From: Rickettsiales bacterium
GTDB taxonomy: Bacteria; Pseudomonadota; Alphaproteobacteria; Rs-D84
Direction: 5' to 3'
DNA: 64,000 bases
NCBI GenBank assembly: GCA_031288835.1
Contig: JAITQO010000002.1
Coordinates: forward strand, 3,598-67,597
Positions within the stretch are counted from its first letter, which is position 1, and every line of letters begins with the position of its first letter. A program made the position numbers and the translations under genes. This document shows positions 9,411-16,962 of the stretch, in pieces. The notes below the pieces were generated by a model, which saw only the letters and a list, made by a program, of their open reading frames with translations, searched no databases and was not told the DNA's origin.

Positions 9411-11900
9411 TCACGCTTTATGATTGATTCTGCACAGATACATCACCGCGTTCTGCTTGAAGTTCATAATCGAGTTCTTGAACAGCTCGAGCGCCTCGCG
9501 CTTGTATTCGTAAAGCGGATTCTTTTGCGCGTATCCGCGAAGCCCTATGCCGGTCTGCAGATAATCCATTTGCCCAAGATGTCTGCGCCAATTTATATCA
9601 AGCGACTGCAGCGCGCATTGGCGCAGCGCGTCCGCGAACATCTCGTTCCCGTATTCCTGCCGTTTCGCGTCGAAACGCGCATGCGCCAGTTTTGCCAAAA
9701 TCTCGAACGCCTTGCGCTCGTCCACGCTATCGTCATGCTTCCAATTATCGATGTCGGTTATGTCGAGGCCGAAAGTCATTTTCATGGCGTTGTTTATGTT
9801 CTGCGTGTTCCAGTCTTCGCGGTGCGATTTTTCGGGAATGTTCTGTTCGCAGATAAACTCTATAATATCGCCGGTAATTTCATCCAAAAATCCGGTCAGG
9901 TCAGGCGAACGCATCAAATTGTCCCTTTGCGCGTAAATCACCTTGCGTTGGTCGTTCATCACGTCGTCGTATTTCAAGAGTTCCTTTCTGGCCTCGAAAT
10001 GACGCGCCTCGACGCGTTTCTGCGCCTTTTCAAGCGCGCGGGTAATCCAGGGATGGGTAATCGCCTCGTCCGGCTGAAGCCCGAAGGTAACCAGCATCCC
10101 CTGCAGCCGCTCCGCCCCGAAAATCCGCATCAGGTCGTCGTCCAGCGCCAAAAAGAACTTCGAATTGCCCGGGTCTCCTTGGCGGCCGCCGCGGCCGCGC
10201 AGCTGATTGTCGATGCGGCGCGACTCGTGCCGCTCCGTTCCTATGACATACAGGCCTCCCGCGTCCAGAACCTGCCTCTTTTGTTTCTCTATGCGTTCGT
10301 ATATTTCCCGTTTTTTCTTCTCAAAATCGTCCGCCGTTCCTTTTTCTTCGCCCTTCGACAATTCCTCTATCAGAAACTCCGCATTCCCGCCGAGCTTTAT
10401 GTCCGTTCCGCGCCCCGCCATGTTGGTCGCGATTGTCAGCGCGCCCGGCGCGCCGGCCTGGGCGATTATATGCGCCTCCCTTTCGTGGTGCTTCGCGTTC
10501 AAAACCTCGGGCTTTATACGCAATTCTTTCTCAACCTGCCGCGCCAGTTCCTCGGATTTTTCAATTGTGGTCATTCCGACAAGCACGGGCTGGCCGCGAA
10601 CGTGGCAGTCCTTTATCTGCCTCAGAATTGCCGAAAACTTTTCTTCCTTGTTGCGATAAATCTCATCCTGCTCGTCAATGCGGATGACCGGACGGTTGGT
10701 GGGAACCGACACGACCCGCAGGTGATAAATCTCATCAAACTCGGCCGCCTCGGTCATCGCCGTGCCGGTCATGCCGGCCAAGGTCGGATACAGGCGGAAC
10801 AGATTCTGATATGAAATCGATGATACGGTTTGATTTTCGGCCTGAATCTCCACATGCTCCTTCGCCTCAATCGCCTGGTGCAGTCCGCGGGACAGGCGGC
10901 GGCCGGTCATGACGCGCCCGGTGAATTCGTCCACCAGCAGCACCTCGCCATCGCGGACGACATAATTCACATTCTTCTGATACAACTTATGCGCCAGCAG
11001 AGACTGCTGTATATGCATCACCAGCTGGGCGTTTTCCGGCGAATACAAATTGTCGCCCGAAAGGACGCCCGCGTCCGCCAAAAGTTTGGTAACCGTGTCG
11101 ACGCCAGCGTCGGTCAGGGTCACATGGCGGTCTTTTTCGTCCTTTTTATAATCGGGTTCGGACAATTTAAGGACGATGACGTCGATTGTCTTATAAAGCT
11201 CGGACGAATCCTCGGCCGGGCCGGAAATAATCAGCGGCGTCCGCGCCTCGTCAATCAAAATGCTGTCCACCTCGTCGACAATGGCGTAAAAAAACGGGCG
11301 CTGAACCAACTGCTCGGCCGCGAACTTCATATTGTCGCGAAGATAGTCGAATCCGACCTCGCTGTTCGTTGCATACGTGATGTCGCAATTATACGCCGCG
11401 CGCCTTTCCTCGTCCTCCATATCGTGCTGAATCACGCCGACGGTCATGCCGAGAAACTTGTAAATCTCGCCCATCCATTCGGAATCGCGCTCCGCCAGAT
11501 AATCGTTCACGGTTATCAAGTGGGCGCCCTTGCCGTGCAGCGCCTTCAGATACAGGGCCAGGGTCGCGACAAGGGTTTTCCCCTCGCCCGTTTTCATCTC
11601 GCAAATCATGCCGTCCCTCAGCACCATTCCGCCGATTAGCTGCACGTTGAAATGCCGCATGCCGAGCGTCCGGTTCGACGCCTCGCGCACCGCGGCGAAG
11701 GCGTCCGGCAGGATATCCGACTCTTTTGCCCCGGCCGCCAGTTTCTCGCGGAAAACCCGCGTTTGTCCGCGCAGTTCTTCGTCCGACATCGCATGATATC
11801 TCGGCTCCAAGTCATTTATCAGCGACACCGTCTTGTCATGCGATTTAATCAATCTGTCGTTCGCGGACCCCAATAGCTTCCTAATCAATCCGGCAATCAT
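9411..11900 (-). CDS. secA: Preprotein translocase ATPase SecA
   Basis: Motifs MKTGEGKT, DEVDSILIDEARTPLIISG and LAGMTGTA. I trimmed the start to the ATG at 11898-11900 (MIAGLIRKLLGS), which is preceded by AAAGGAAAA. The track ORF begins 18 codons further upstream. Confidence 0.96.
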   Translation of the reverse strand: MIAGLIRKLLGSANDRLIKSHDKTVSLINDLEPRYHAMSDEELRGQTRVFREKLAAGAKESDILPDAFAAVREASNRTLGMRHFNVQLIGGMVLRDGMICEMKTGEGKTLVATLALYLKALHGKGAHLITVNDYLAERDSEWMGEIYKFLGMTVGVIQHDMEDEERRAAYNCDITYATNSEVGFDYLRDNMKFAAEQLVQRPFFYAIVDEVDSILIDEARTPLIISGPAEDSSELYKTIDVIVLKLSEPDYKKDEKDRHVTLTDAGVDTVTKLLADAGVLSGDNLYSPENAQLVMHIQQSLLAHKLYQKNVNYVVRDGEVLLVDEFTGRVMTGRRLSRGLHQAIEAKEHVEIQAENQTVSSISYQNLFRLYPTLAGMTGTAMTEAAEFDEIYHLRVVSVPTNRPVIRIDEQDEIYRNKEEKFSAILRQIKDCHVRGQPVLVGMTTIEKSEELARQVEKELRIKPEVLNAKHHEREAHIIAQAGAPGALTIATNMAGRGTDIKLGGNAEFLIEELSKGEEKGTADDFEKKKREIYERIEKQKRQVLDAGGLYVIGTERHESRRIDNQLRGRGGRQGDPGNSKFFLALDDDLMRIFGAERLQGMLVTFGLQPDEAITHPWITRALEKAQKRVEARHFEARKELLKYDDVMNDQRKVIYAQRDNLMRSPDLTGFLDEITGDIIEFICEQNIPEKSHREDWNTQNINNAMKMTFGLDITDIDNWKHDDSVDERKAFEILAKLAHARFDAKRQEYGNEMFADALRQCALQSLDINWRRHLGQMDYLQTGIGLRGYAQKNPLYEYKREALELFKNSIMNFKQNAVMYLCRINHKA

Positions 11901-12076
11901 AAATTTTTCCTTTTTCGTTAGGAAGTATATAGTAAAAAAGCCGCCCAAATGCAAGAAATAAAAGGGACAAAAAGGGAAAAGGGAAAAAGGTGAAGAAATG
12001 TAGAATGGCGTAGTTTCACCATCATGCCTGTCCCTTTTTCCTTGCGTTCCTTTGATTTTCCTATAAAATAACCTCC

Positions 12077-12365
12077 GCAGATGCCTTTGATGTGGCCGTG
12101 CCGCAAAGGCATGGAGGAAAGTCCGGACTGCGCATGACAGGATAGCGGCTAATGACCGCCGGGGGCGACCCCAGGATTAGAGCAACAGAGACGAGTCGAT
12201 TCAATTCGGGTGAAACGGGCAATCTCTATCCGCAGCAACCCCAAGTAGGTTCCCACAAAGCGGGTCATGACGCGGGAACGGGTAGGGGGCTTGACGTCCG
12301 TGGAGACACGGAACGCAGATTAATCACATCACCAGACAGAATCCGGCTTACAGGGCATCTGCAAA
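12077..12365 (+). ncRNA. rnpB: RNase P RNA (bacterial type A)
   Basis: Conserved GGAGGAAAGTCCGGAC near the 5' end and ACAGAATCCGGCTTAC near the 3' end. A P1 helix can form between GCAGATGCC (12077-12085) and GGCATCTGC (12354-12362). The ends are approximate. Confidence 0.85.
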
Positions 12366-12465
12366 CACCGCTCCGTATTTGAAATCTGCAAATAAAAAAC
12401 TTTGTTTTCTTTGCTAATCCGTTTTTTTGCATTATACTTGCATCAAAATGCAATGGAGAAAAAGC

Positions 12466-12633
12466 ATGATGAATAAAAAAGAGACCGCCCTGCAATCGAT
12501 GACTGGGGCGGGAAAAACGCTACCGAAGTCGCAGAGGGTAAACTGGTCGGGAAAAACGGAAACCGCCTTCATGAATAACATTCTTGAAAGCGTCATACCT
12601 GGATACAAACAGGCTATGGAAAAGAAAAAGTAA
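12466..12633 (+). CDS. Small hypothetical protein (55 aa)
   Basis: ATG at 12466 with GGAGA 6 nt upstream. No motif recognised, so weak support. Confidence 0.3.
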   Translation: MMNKKETALQSMTGAGKTLPKSQRVNWSGKTETAFMNNILESVIPGYKQAMEKKK

Positions 12634-12766
12634 CCAAGGACAGGGATTAGGGGGGCGCAATGGCGGGAACAAGGCCTTTCAGTCTTGCAAACAAAAAGTC
12701 TGTTCGAACGACAGCAGAATGCGCAAACAAGTAAATGCCCTCTTTAAATAATTATTATTAAAAAAA

Positions 12767-12786
12767 CTGGCGGCAAATGTCGCCAG
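12767..12786. terminator. Hairpin terminator between convergent genes
   Basis: CTGGCG-GCAAATGT-CGCCAG, preceded by an A-run and followed by TTT. Confidence 0.55.
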
Positions 12787-12820
12787 TTTCTGTCCAATAT
12801 ATGTTGATTTGGTTTGTTTT

Positions 12821-13840
12821 TTAGAACCTTGCATTCAAACGAACGCCAAGTTCGGCCTTTACATCCGTTCCATTCTGGGAACCGTCATGCGCTGTATCGA
12901 ATGTATATTCGCCATACAAAGCAATCTGAATGTTATCGCTCAGCTGGTTCGCAACGGATACGGACAAAAGATATTCATCAAATCCATCGTTCAGGTTCTT
13001 GAAGCCAAGGGCATTCAGGTTGCCGTCCAAGGAGGTAATTACTGCCGCCTCTGTTCCCGGCGTAACAACATCGGCAGATGCGACTTTCTTAATTTTGTTG
13101 TCGGCATGATGTTTATATGTGAACCCGCCGCCCAGCGACCATCCGGATCCAACCTCGTAAAATGCCTTTAATCCAGCATTGTATTCGGTCGTGGATTTCA
13201 GTTCCAACGCGGCTGATTTTGCCAAGGTGGCAAACGCCGATTTGGACAAATCTATTTTATTGTTGTCATTGCCGAACGTCTGGTTGATTTCAACAAAGGC
13301 CAAGGCGGATAATTTATCCCACGTTTTTCCAATCTTGGTTCCGGCATAGAACCCCCAGCGGCCGTTCGCATAATTATCATAATTAAACGAATATGGTTTT
13401 ATGCTCGGTTTTTTCGACGGCACCAAGGCGCCTTTCATTTCCGAAACACCGCCCAGATTTGCATCCGCATAAACATCCCAAACCAACTCATTTGCGTTTT
13501 GCAAAACGCGATACGTCAATCCGACGCGCCCGACATTCAGCCCCTGGCGGTCAATATCCCCGTCGTGAGTGTATCCGAACTCGCCATTGATTGATAACCG
13601 GTCGGTAATTCCATAACCGATTGATTCGCTCAGACGCCAAATCGGGAACTCTGTCGCACCGTCATGGTCCTTCGCTTTCATCGCATTCGTGCCGTCGGCT
13701 TTCTTATACATCAATCCGACGCCCGTTTTGGAATAAACCTCGCCCGCCTTAGGGACATAGAGAGGATTCTCCAAATTCGCCGCGAATGCAGGCGCCGTAA
13801 AGGCAACCAAAGCCGCAGCCGCTTTTATTGTTTTTTTCAT
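12821..13840 (-). CDS. Outer-membrane beta-barrel porin-like protein
   Basis: Start trimmed to MKKTIKAAAALVAFTAPAFA (signal peptide, AGGAG upstream). Alternating amphipathic strands and a C-terminal ...LNARF, the terminal Phe typical of OMPs. Confidence 0.75.
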   Translation of the reverse strand: MKKTIKAAAALVAFTAPAFAANLENPLYVPKAGEVYSKTGVGLMYKKADGTNAMKAKDHDGATEFPIWRLSESIGYGITDRLSINGEFGYTHDGDIDRQGLNVGRVGLTYRVLQNANELVWDVYADANLGGVSEMKGALVPSKKPSIKPYSFNYDNYANGRWGFYAGTKIGKTWDKLSALAFVEINQTFGNDNNKIDLSKSAFATLAKSAALELKSTTEYNAGLKAFYEVGSGWSLGGGFTYKHHADNKIKKVASADVVTPGTEAAVITSLDGNLNALGFKNLNDGFDEYLLSVSVANQLSDNIQIALYGEYTFDTAHDGSQNGTDVKAELGVRLNARF

Positions 13841-14005
13841 CGTTTCACTCCTTATAGTTAGTGATGAAACTCCGACGCCCGTTGAACGGCAACATCGGGG
13901 CCTTTCGCCATACCGCCGGTTGAACCGCAACAGCATGTTTCTCTGCGAGAAGCACCCACACCTTACAAAATTTGGGAATAAATGACAAGGATTATTTTTT
14001 AACGC

Positions 14006-14033
14006 TTGCAAAAGCCGCCAAATATACTATAAT
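14006..14033 (+). promoter_or_regulatory. Sigma70-type promoter for tRNA-Lys
   Basis: TTGCAA, 16-nt spacer, TATAAT. It ends 14 nt before the tRNA. Confidence 0.55.
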
Positions 14034-14047
14034 GCCGCGCGTGAAAC

Positions 14048-14123
14048 GGAAGCGTAGCTCAGTCGGTAGAGCAAATGACTCTTAATCATTGGGTCCGGGG
14101 TTCGAATCCCCGCGCTTCCACCA
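14048..14123 (+). tRNA. tRNA-Lys (anticodon CTT)
   Basis: Folded by hand as a cloverleaf: acceptor GGAAGCG/CGCTTCC, anticodon loop CTCTTAA, T-loop TTCGAAT, encoded CCA. Confidence 0.95.
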
Positions 14124-14177
14124 AAAATCAAGCCGCCGGAAAGGACGGGTAAGGAAAATTGTCTTTGCAATTTCCGC

Positions 14178-14206
14178 TTGAATTGCCTAGGCTTTTATGG
14201 TATAAT
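14178..14206 (+). promoter_or_regulatory. Near-consensus sigma70 promoter
   Basis: TTGAAT (14178-14183), 17-nt spacer, TATAAT (14201-14206). Confidence 0.6.
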
Positions 14207-14259
14207 GCAAATATTAGAATGGAGTTGTGTCCGCTCGCTTTTTTTCAAAATCCCAACGC

Positions 14260-14289
14260 AACCGCCGCATAATGGCGGTTTATTTTTTT
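14260..14289 (+). terminator. Intrinsic terminator about 55 nt downstream of the 14178 promoter
   Basis: AACCGCC-GCATAAT-GGCGGTT followed by TATTTTTTT. Confidence 0.65.
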
Positions 14290-14417
14290 CAAAAAACAAA
14301 CGCAAATATTCGCCGACAAAACACGGATTTTTCCCGCCGCATTCCACGACGGGCGCTGTTTTGTTCGCAAAAAACCAAAATCACAAAGGAAGAAACAAAT
14401 AAACAAAAGGAAAAACC

Positions 14418-15317
14418 ATGAATGAAATAACATATCAGTCGTCCGGCGGCAATATTGCCGAGTTTTACTTCGATTTTCCGTTCTTCCAAACGGATGACGT
14501 GAAGGTCATGTTAAACGGCCAGTTGTTGGAATCCGATTCATACGCTGTCCGAGGAAACGAATCGGGTGCCGCGTCCGATATTCCATACAACGGTGGAAGC
14601 GTGGAATTCCCGACCGCCCCGGCCGCCGGCGTAAAAATAACCATTTTTCGTCGATTGAAATTGGAACGCGGCATAGATTATCAACCGACGCTGCCAATCA
14701 GTCAAACAATGCTGAACCAAGACATGAGTTTTTTTATCGAATGCGCGAAGGAGTTCAACGAGCGGCTGAACAATCTGCTAGCGCTCGAAAACTTCGATGC
14801 AGAGGAAATAACTGCGCGGCTCGAAGCCATAAACGAGCAAATCGAGTCATTGGATGACCTGACAGATTTCGCGCACACGTCAGATTTAGAACCGATAACG
14901 GCCGCGATTACAAACATAAGCGCCGCCCTGCAGGAATTATCTGAACAAATTGACAATATAGAGATTCCAGAATCGCCAGCGGATTATATTGTCGAACAAA
15001 GCGAAGCGGGCGCGAACCCATGGTACCGCAAATGGAACAGCGGATGGTGCGAACAGGGCGGATTGACAAGCTCTTTTACAAATACGGAAGCAGGGTCTTC
15101 TCAGACCAAAACCATCGTCCTGCCAATTACCATGCAAGACGCAGCTTATTTTCCACAATTCAACATGGAATCTAACTCTGGCGGTTGGAGTGTTCGCGCA
15201 TTTACCATACAAAACAAAACGCCGGAAAATTTCGGCATAATCTGCGTCAATAACAATACCGCCGGCGGGACGGAAAACAACAAGGTATCATGGATAATAA
15301 AAGGCCGGGCCGCGTGA
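14418..15317 (+). CDS. Phage tail-fibre-like protein (T7 gp17-type N-terminal domain, coiled coil, C-terminal knob)
   Basis: The N-terminus (YQSSGGNIAEFYFDFPFFQTDDVKVMLNG...ITIFRRLKLERGIDYQPTLPISQTMLNQDMSFFIECAKE) follows the T7 tail-fibre N-domain pattern (Y..dG....F.iPF.....v.V.l.G...R.t...r..df.dg..l....LN....Q......eE). The centre is heptad-rich. The C-terminus has PWYRKWNSGWCEQGG, as seen in tail-fibre tip domains. Confidence 0.7.
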   Translation: MNEITYQSSGGNIAEFYFDFPFFQTDDVKVMLNGQLLESDSYAVRGNESGAASDIPYNGGSVEFPTAPAAGVKITIFRRLKLERGIDYQPTLPISQTMLNQDMSFFIECAKEFNERLNNLLALENFDAEEITARLEAINEQIESLDDLTDFAHTSDLEPITAAITNISAALQELSEQIDNIEIPESPADYIVEQSEAGANPWYRKWNSGWCEQGGLTSSFTNTEAGSSQTKTIVLPITMQDAAYFPQFNMESNSGGWSVRAFTIQNKTPENFGIICVNNNTAGGTENNKVSWIIKGRAA

Positions 15318-15322
15318 TTCTT

Positions 15323-16960
15323 CTATCTCTTTTTTCTTTCGCGCGATTGTTCCTTTTCCGCGATTTTATACAATTTCGCCTCTTCTTTCGCGGAGTATAA
15401 CTCGTTGTTGTCGCAAACCCGTTGCCGAAACGCATTTCTGCAGCGGGGCGACACCCAATGTTTGCCATCGGCGGTAACTCTGTCGCGCTGTAGTAAATAG
15501 TTCGTGCCGTCAATTGCCGGACAACTGCCGAATCCCAGCCAGTTATGGCACACAAAGCAATGTTCCTGCGGGCATTTCGCGGCGGCTTCTTCGTAAAGTT
15601 TTTCGCCCTCAAAGAAGTTGCCGATAACTTTGCTTTTCGGACATGTCAGCATTTGTCCGGTGTTTATTATAACAAAACACGACACTTTTCCGGCATAACA
15701 AAAATCTTTTACCGGTCTTTCCCACATTTCAACCTTGAACCTGAATTCTTCGGAATAAAAATCCTCCCAAACTTTCGCAAACTCTTTCAAGGAGTATTTG
15801 GATAGCAATTTGACCTCTGGCACCAATTCATCGCGCGGCATGGAAAGATGGGGCAGAGCGCCGAAATTTCTCAGACACCAATCTTTTAACTCGGGAATAT
15901 ATGGAATCAATTCGTCATTGGGCACGACCTCAAGCGCGCATGTCGCGCCAGCATCCCATATTTTGCGGCAATTCCGCGCAAACTGCCCCAACAAATCCAA
16001 TCTCTTAAGTTCAAGATATTGAACGCTTGCCTTGAAAAACAACCTTGAACGAATCTCTTCCGTCATGGACAGCAATTCGTCGATATGTTTCGTTATCGTC
16101 AGATTTGTGGAGATATGCAAAAAGTGCCCGGCGTTCAGAACAGCCTTCAGATATTCCATCGTCTGCGGCAATAACAAGGTTTCCCCCGCCGTTGAAAATG
16201 TCACCACGCAGGTTCCGCCCATGCGTTTTTTATTTAATGCTTTCTCCAAATCGGCGGGGCTATACCTCGCAGGCATTATCGTTGCCCGCTCGATGTCGGT
16301 GGCATACTGCCCGACATAACAATAATGACAGCGCATATTGCAAGGAAATGAAAATAAAGCCATGTCGATATACTTTACGATTCTATCTTGAAAGGAAATC
16401 TTCGTTATTTCTGTGAAATCCCGAACAAAAAACGAATCCAGTGACAAATTATCATTCCCGGAAAAACCATTTCCCGCACGGGCATACCTGTATCCCAGTT
16501 TCCGCGCAATATCTTTTATCTGTTTATTATATTTCCAATGCGGATATGCAAGCGTGTCAAATCCGTATGGATTTTTCAGCTCTGTCATTATCTGTCTTTT
16601 GGAAAGAGTTGTCAGGTCGGCATGCGTTTTGGTATGCCAGCCCAAAATGCCACCATTGCGTTTGATTTCGTTAAAATCGGCCCTGCTTAGAAATTCATCA
16701 GAGCTGCCGATGAGATTTTCAACCACAAAAACATAAAACGGAAACCTGTGTTTTTTCATAATCTGAACGGCGTCGAAAATGTTTTTTCTTCCGTCGTCAA
16801 ATGTCAAAACGATATGTTTTGGATTATTGGAATCATATTCGTCCAGACGCACGACTTGAAATCCTCCGTCCGAAATTTCCTTCATTTGCCTGGCAAACGA
16901 ATCCCGTCCGACCCAAACATCCCCTTTGCCTTCGCCTATGTTGTGATATGTCAAAATCAT
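15323..16960 (-). CDS. Fusion protein: NodB-type polysaccharide deacetylase (N-terminal) and radical SAM domain with C-terminal Cys cluster
   Basis: N-terminal domain has LTFDDGRKN (motif 1), WHTKTH (H-S/T-x-x-H motif 2) and LAYPHW. From about residue 200 there is FPCNMRCHYCYVGQ (CxxxCxxC radical-SAM cluster). The C-terminus has CPQEHCFVCHNWLGFGSC (an auxiliary-cluster-like Cys set). Confidence 0.85.
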   Translation of the reverse strand: MILTYHNIGEGKGDVWVGRDSFARQMKEISDGGFQVVRLDEYDSNNPKHIVLTFDDGRKNIFDAVQIMKKHRFPFYVFVVENLIGSSDEFLSRADFNEIKRNGGILGWHTKTHADLTTLSKRQIMTELKNPYGFDTLAYPHWKYNKQIKDIARKLGYRYARAGNGFSGNDNLSLDSFFVRDFTEITKISFQDRIVKYIDMALFSFPCNMRCHYCYVGQYATDIERATIMPARYSPADLEKALNKKRMGGTCVVTFSTAGETLLLPQTMEYLKAVLNAGHFLHISTNLTITKHIDELLSMTEEIRSRLFFKASVQYLELKRLDLLGQFARNCRKIWDAGATCALEVVPNDELIPYIPELKDWCLRNFGALPHLSMPRDELVPEVKLLSKYSLKEFAKVWEDFYSEEFRFKVEMWERPVKDFCYAGKVSCFVIINTGQMLTCPKSKVIGNFFEGEKLYEEAAAKCPQEHCFVCHNWLGFGSCPAIDGTNYLLQRDRVTADGKHWVSPRCRNAFRQRVCDNNELYSAKEEAKLYKIAEKEQSRERKKR

Positions 16961-16962
16961 TT

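Noticed and set aside
5805-11876. Many long ORFs antisense or out of frame within dnaE and secA (e.g. 8006-9427, 473 aa; 9420-10814, 464 aa; 10830-11639, 269 aa).
   Set aside because: They lie entirely inside genes whose sense-strand translations carry unambiguous DnaE and SecA motifs. Their own translations are Arg/Leu/Val-rich with no motifs. They are typical shadow ORFs of GC-rich coding DNA.
13841-14011. N-terminal extensions of track ORFs: porin to 14011, murB to 36145, the GT92-like gene to 42277, addA to 60795, glf to 21922, secA to 11954 and the XRE regulator from 42900.
   Set aside because: In each case an internal ATG with an RBS gives a canonical N-terminus (signal peptide, Rossmann motif, Walker A and so on). 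The extension crosses promoters, tRNA promoters or divergent intergenic DNA.
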